Assembly: GCA_034667565.1 (NCBI GenBank)
Contig: JAXDJQ010000084.1
Coordinates: 1-24,561, forward strand
Length of the DNA: 24,561 nt
Direction of reading: 5' to 3'
Origin: Actinomycetota bacterium
Lineage (GTDB): Bacteria > Actinomycetota > CADDZG01 > WHSQ01
Of the stretch, positions 23,101-24,561 are shown piece by piece. Position 1 is the first letter of the stretch. Each line of letters begins with the position of its first letter. The notes beneath the pieces were generated by a model. The model had not been told where the DNA came from. It did not search any database and saw nothing but the letters and a program-made list of their open reading frames with translations. Both the position numbers and the translations under genes were made by a program.

Positions 23101-23339
23101 TCGTCCGAGCGATCCAAGATCTCCGCAAGACGCGGGGTTTCGCGGTCGAGGACCGCATCTCGCTCGAAGTTCGCACGGCGGATGCAGTCGTGGCGAGCGC
23201 TCTCGAGGTCCATGAAGATCTGATCGCACGCGAGGTCCTGGCCACCGACGTCGATCGATCAGGAGAGGTCACGGGAAGCGGAGAGAACGTCGTCCTCGAC
23301 GAGGGAACCGTCGAGATAGAGATCGCGAAGGCCGGCTAG
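20181..23339 (+). CDS. ileS: Isoleucyl-tRNA synthetase, type 2
   Basis: FYEGPPTAN..PGVHH, GWDCHGLP, WTTTPWTL (editing), GTGIVHLAP, DWSLSRDRYWG, DQTRGWFY, KMSKS and WYVRRSRRRFW. The C-terminus lacks the type-1 Zn finger. Confidence 0.98.
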   Translation: MSERLYSAVDPQVNFPLLETEMAARWKTERIFERSLEQREGASEWVFYEGPPTANNKPGVHHVEARVFKDIFCRYQTMKGHYVSRKAGWDCHGLPVEVEVEKELGITNKRQIEDEIGIEAFIEKCRESVQRYVGEWAPFTDRIGFWVDLDDAYWTMNPSFIETVWWLLKQIWDKGLLEEDFKVVPYCPRCETSLSNHEQHQTDAYQTVSDPSAYVRFPLAADPDTSLLVWTTTPWTLLANMAAAVHENIVYSKVVDPQLPGKHLIVARERIEHLFGEDAVIVTDIPGTELLGMKYTPPFDFVGDTDVAHTVRPGEFVTTEDGTGIVHLAPYGEDDMAVGKRDALPITHMIASNGHVVEEGGEFAGLWIKDADPRIIENLRSRQLLWKAEVYSHSYPHCWRCKTPLLYYPRKDWYIRTSQIRDQLQKSNEETNWQPPTIKYGRFGDWLANNVDWSLSRDRYWGTPLPIWRCANDHATCVGSFGELSELAGRDITGIDPHRPYIDEVKITCPECGDQADRVLSVIDTWFDAGSMPFGQWHYPFENEDIFDKRYPADFISEAIDQTRGWFYTLLAISTLVRGHNSFRNVVCLGHIVDTDGKKMSKSLGNVIDPWTILNAQGADPLRWYMLTGGTPWSSRRLSVEIVQETLRKYLLTLWNTYSFWVTYASLEGFNPGSDDVPLSERSEMDRWILAELDSCVRETTAGLDEFDPTRGGKKLDRFVDDLSNWYVRRSRRRFWKSGVDADTRAAFRTLWECLVTVAQLSAPYTPHISDVIYRNLTGPLSDAPDSVHLADWPTPDDHLVDDGLRRSMEVVRQLVTLGRSARTDAKVRVRQPLARALVVIPTTDVDSLKALEDLVAEELNVKHIEVVSGLADLVTYSVKPNFKALGPRFGAQVKEVAKALAATDARAIVESIEGSGSATITLAGDQVDLSREELDIRIEGREGFSLVQEGAYGVALDLEVNDELRAEGIAREVVRAIQDLRKTRGFAVEDRISLEVRTADAVVASALEVHEDLIAREVLATDVDRSGEVTGSGENVVLDEGTVEIEIAKAG

Positions 23340-23343
23340 GACC

Positions 23344-23721
23344 TCAGGGCTTGCAGATCCCGCAGGGGCGCATGCCGCTATCTCTCGCCTCGGCTTTCGT
23401 CATGCTCTGCGCTCCCTTGGATGACGCATACCGGCAGTCGGGGCGATGGAACCTCTTCGAATCCTGGATCCCAACGACTTCCTGACGGGAATCTTCCTCG
23501 GCGGCGACGCGGTCTTCCACCTCTCTTGCACTCGCTCTTCGTTGCACGACTACCGCTTCCTTGCGACTACGCATGAATGCCAGCGCAAGAGCGATGGCTG
23601 CCGCCACCGAAGCGACGATCGATGTCCAGATCAACGACTCGTTAGCCGATACCCAGCCGAAGACGAGCGCGATCGCAGATCCCGCGATCAATAAGACGGA
23701 CGCGCCGACAAGGATGGTCAT
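23344..23721 (-). CDS. Two-TM membrane protein with C-terminal Ada-like metal-binding domain
   Basis: Two hydrophobic helices in residues ~3-50, then SKRFHRPDC...AEARDSGMRPCGICKP. Confidence 0.8.
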   Translation of the reverse strand: MTILVGASVLLIAGSAIALVFGWVSANESLIWTSIVASVAAAIALALAFMRSRKEAVVVQRRASAREVEDRVAAEEDSRQEVVGIQDSKRFHRPDCRYASSKGAQSMTKAEARDSGMRPCGICKP

Positions 23722-23739
23722 GCGGTTGTAGTTCTACCC

Positions 23740-24507
23740 CTACTCGTCCCCCCAGAACAGACCCCGCAACCCACGTCGGGGAACGGCGGCCTCTGCTTCC
23801 TGGGCGGCGGGGTTGGATTCTGACGGTGCACGCTCGGGTTCTGGTTGGGTCGGACGAGCCATCGGTTGGCCAGCAGGCTTCGGCTCGGTCGACGCGGGTC
23901 GCGAGGTAGCAGGTGAAGCTTGGGGCCGTGGTTGTTGCGTTGGCGTCATCGTCGCGTTGGCTGCCCCCTCAGGCCGCGTGGCGGAGCGAGGGCGATCGTC
24001 GACCAGGGCTTCGAAAGACTTCAGTTGCTGTTCCATGAATGTCTTCAAGCGCTGCTTGAGCTCGAACTCGTACGCCTTCAAGCGATCTATAGACGCATCG
24101 AGCTCGCGCTTCTTCGTCGCGTGATCACGGTCGGCGTCCAGGGTCTTGCGGCGGACCTCATCCTCGAGGGTCGCCATCCGAACACGAGCCTCCTCATTCG
24201 CCTTCGTTACCCGCTGCTCCGCCTCGGTGATGAGCTGCTCGGCTTTGGCCTTGGCGCTGGCGATCGCCTCTTCCGAGGCCCGCTGAGCGGTGACGAGAGT
24301 CTTCTTGAGCATCTCCTCGGTATCGCGGCTGGTCGACACTGCCTGGTCTAGCTCGCGGATCCGATTCTGCAGAGAGGAGTTCTCCCGCTGGAGGCGGTCT
24401 ACGGTCTCTGCGACGCGATCGAGGAAATCGTCGACCTCTTCTTGGTTATAGCCGCGCCACGCGTCGTGGAACTGTTTCTCGTGGATATTCCGAGCTGATA
24501 CGTCCAT
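23740..24507 (-). CDS. divIVA: DivIVA/Wag31 family protein
   Basis: N-terminal IHEKQF...RGYNQEEVDDFLDRV, a long coiled coil (LVTAQRASEE...AKAKAEQLITEA) and a Pro/Ala-rich tail. Confidence 0.93.
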   Translation of the reverse strand: MDVSARNIHEKQFHDAWRGYNQEEVDDFLDRVAETVDRLQRENSSLQNRIRELDQAVSTSRDTEEMLKKTLVTAQRASEEAIASAKAKAEQLITEAEQRVTKANEEARVRMATLEDEVRRKTLDADRDHATKKRELDASIDRLKAYEFELKQRLKTFMEQQLKSFEALVDDRPRSATRPEGAANATMTPTQQPRPQASPATSRPASTEPKPAGQPMARPTQPEPERAPSESNPAAQEAEAAVPRRGLRGLFWGDE

Positions 24508-24514
24508 GTTCAGC

Positions 24515-24520
24515 AGTATC
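24515..24520 (-). promoter_or_regulatory. Putative -10 variant (GATACT) for divIVA
   Basis: 7 nt before ATG 24507. The same hexamer, at similar spacing, precedes the M28-like gene. Confidence 0.4.
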
Positions 24521-24561
24521 CCAAACGCAGCGGGGGTTTACGGGGCAATACGGATATCTAC

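Overview
High-GC, gene-dense chromosomal segment from what looks like an Actinomycetota genome (inferred from gene order and motifs). It is almost all housekeeping genes on the minus strand. Reading from the window end: divIVA, a membrane protein with an Ada-like Zn domain, ileS (+ strand, type-2 IleRS with a GVHH signature), a histone-like/DksA fusion (DdbA-like), lspA, rluD, dnaE, a small 8-Cys zinc-ribbon gene, hisD-hisC-hisB-hisH-hisA-hisF, an M24 peptidase, hisI, trpE, a PRC-barrel gene (+), an apparently inactive M28-peptidase-like lipoprotein, trpC-trpB-trpA, tRNA-Leu(CAA) (+), a coiled-coil protein, an ANTAR response regulator (PdtaR-like) and a truncated branched-chain amino acid ABC substrate-binding lipoprotein. 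I see no mobile element, CRISPR array, rRNA or defence island. The most interesting signals are small-scale: (1) a Shine-Dalgarno-led 14-aa Arg/Pro-rich sORF between a structured leader and a strong terminator upstream of the ANTAR locus; (2) an 11-nt periodic GTGA start/stop relay between hisH and hisA; (3) a probable CTG start for hisH; (4) an ORF-track-hidden double zinc ribbon; (5) a hairpin-rich spacer before dnaE; (6) many leaderless-type promoters; (7) several unusual active-site substitutions. All motif and hairpin calls were read by eye; no searches or folding calculations were run.
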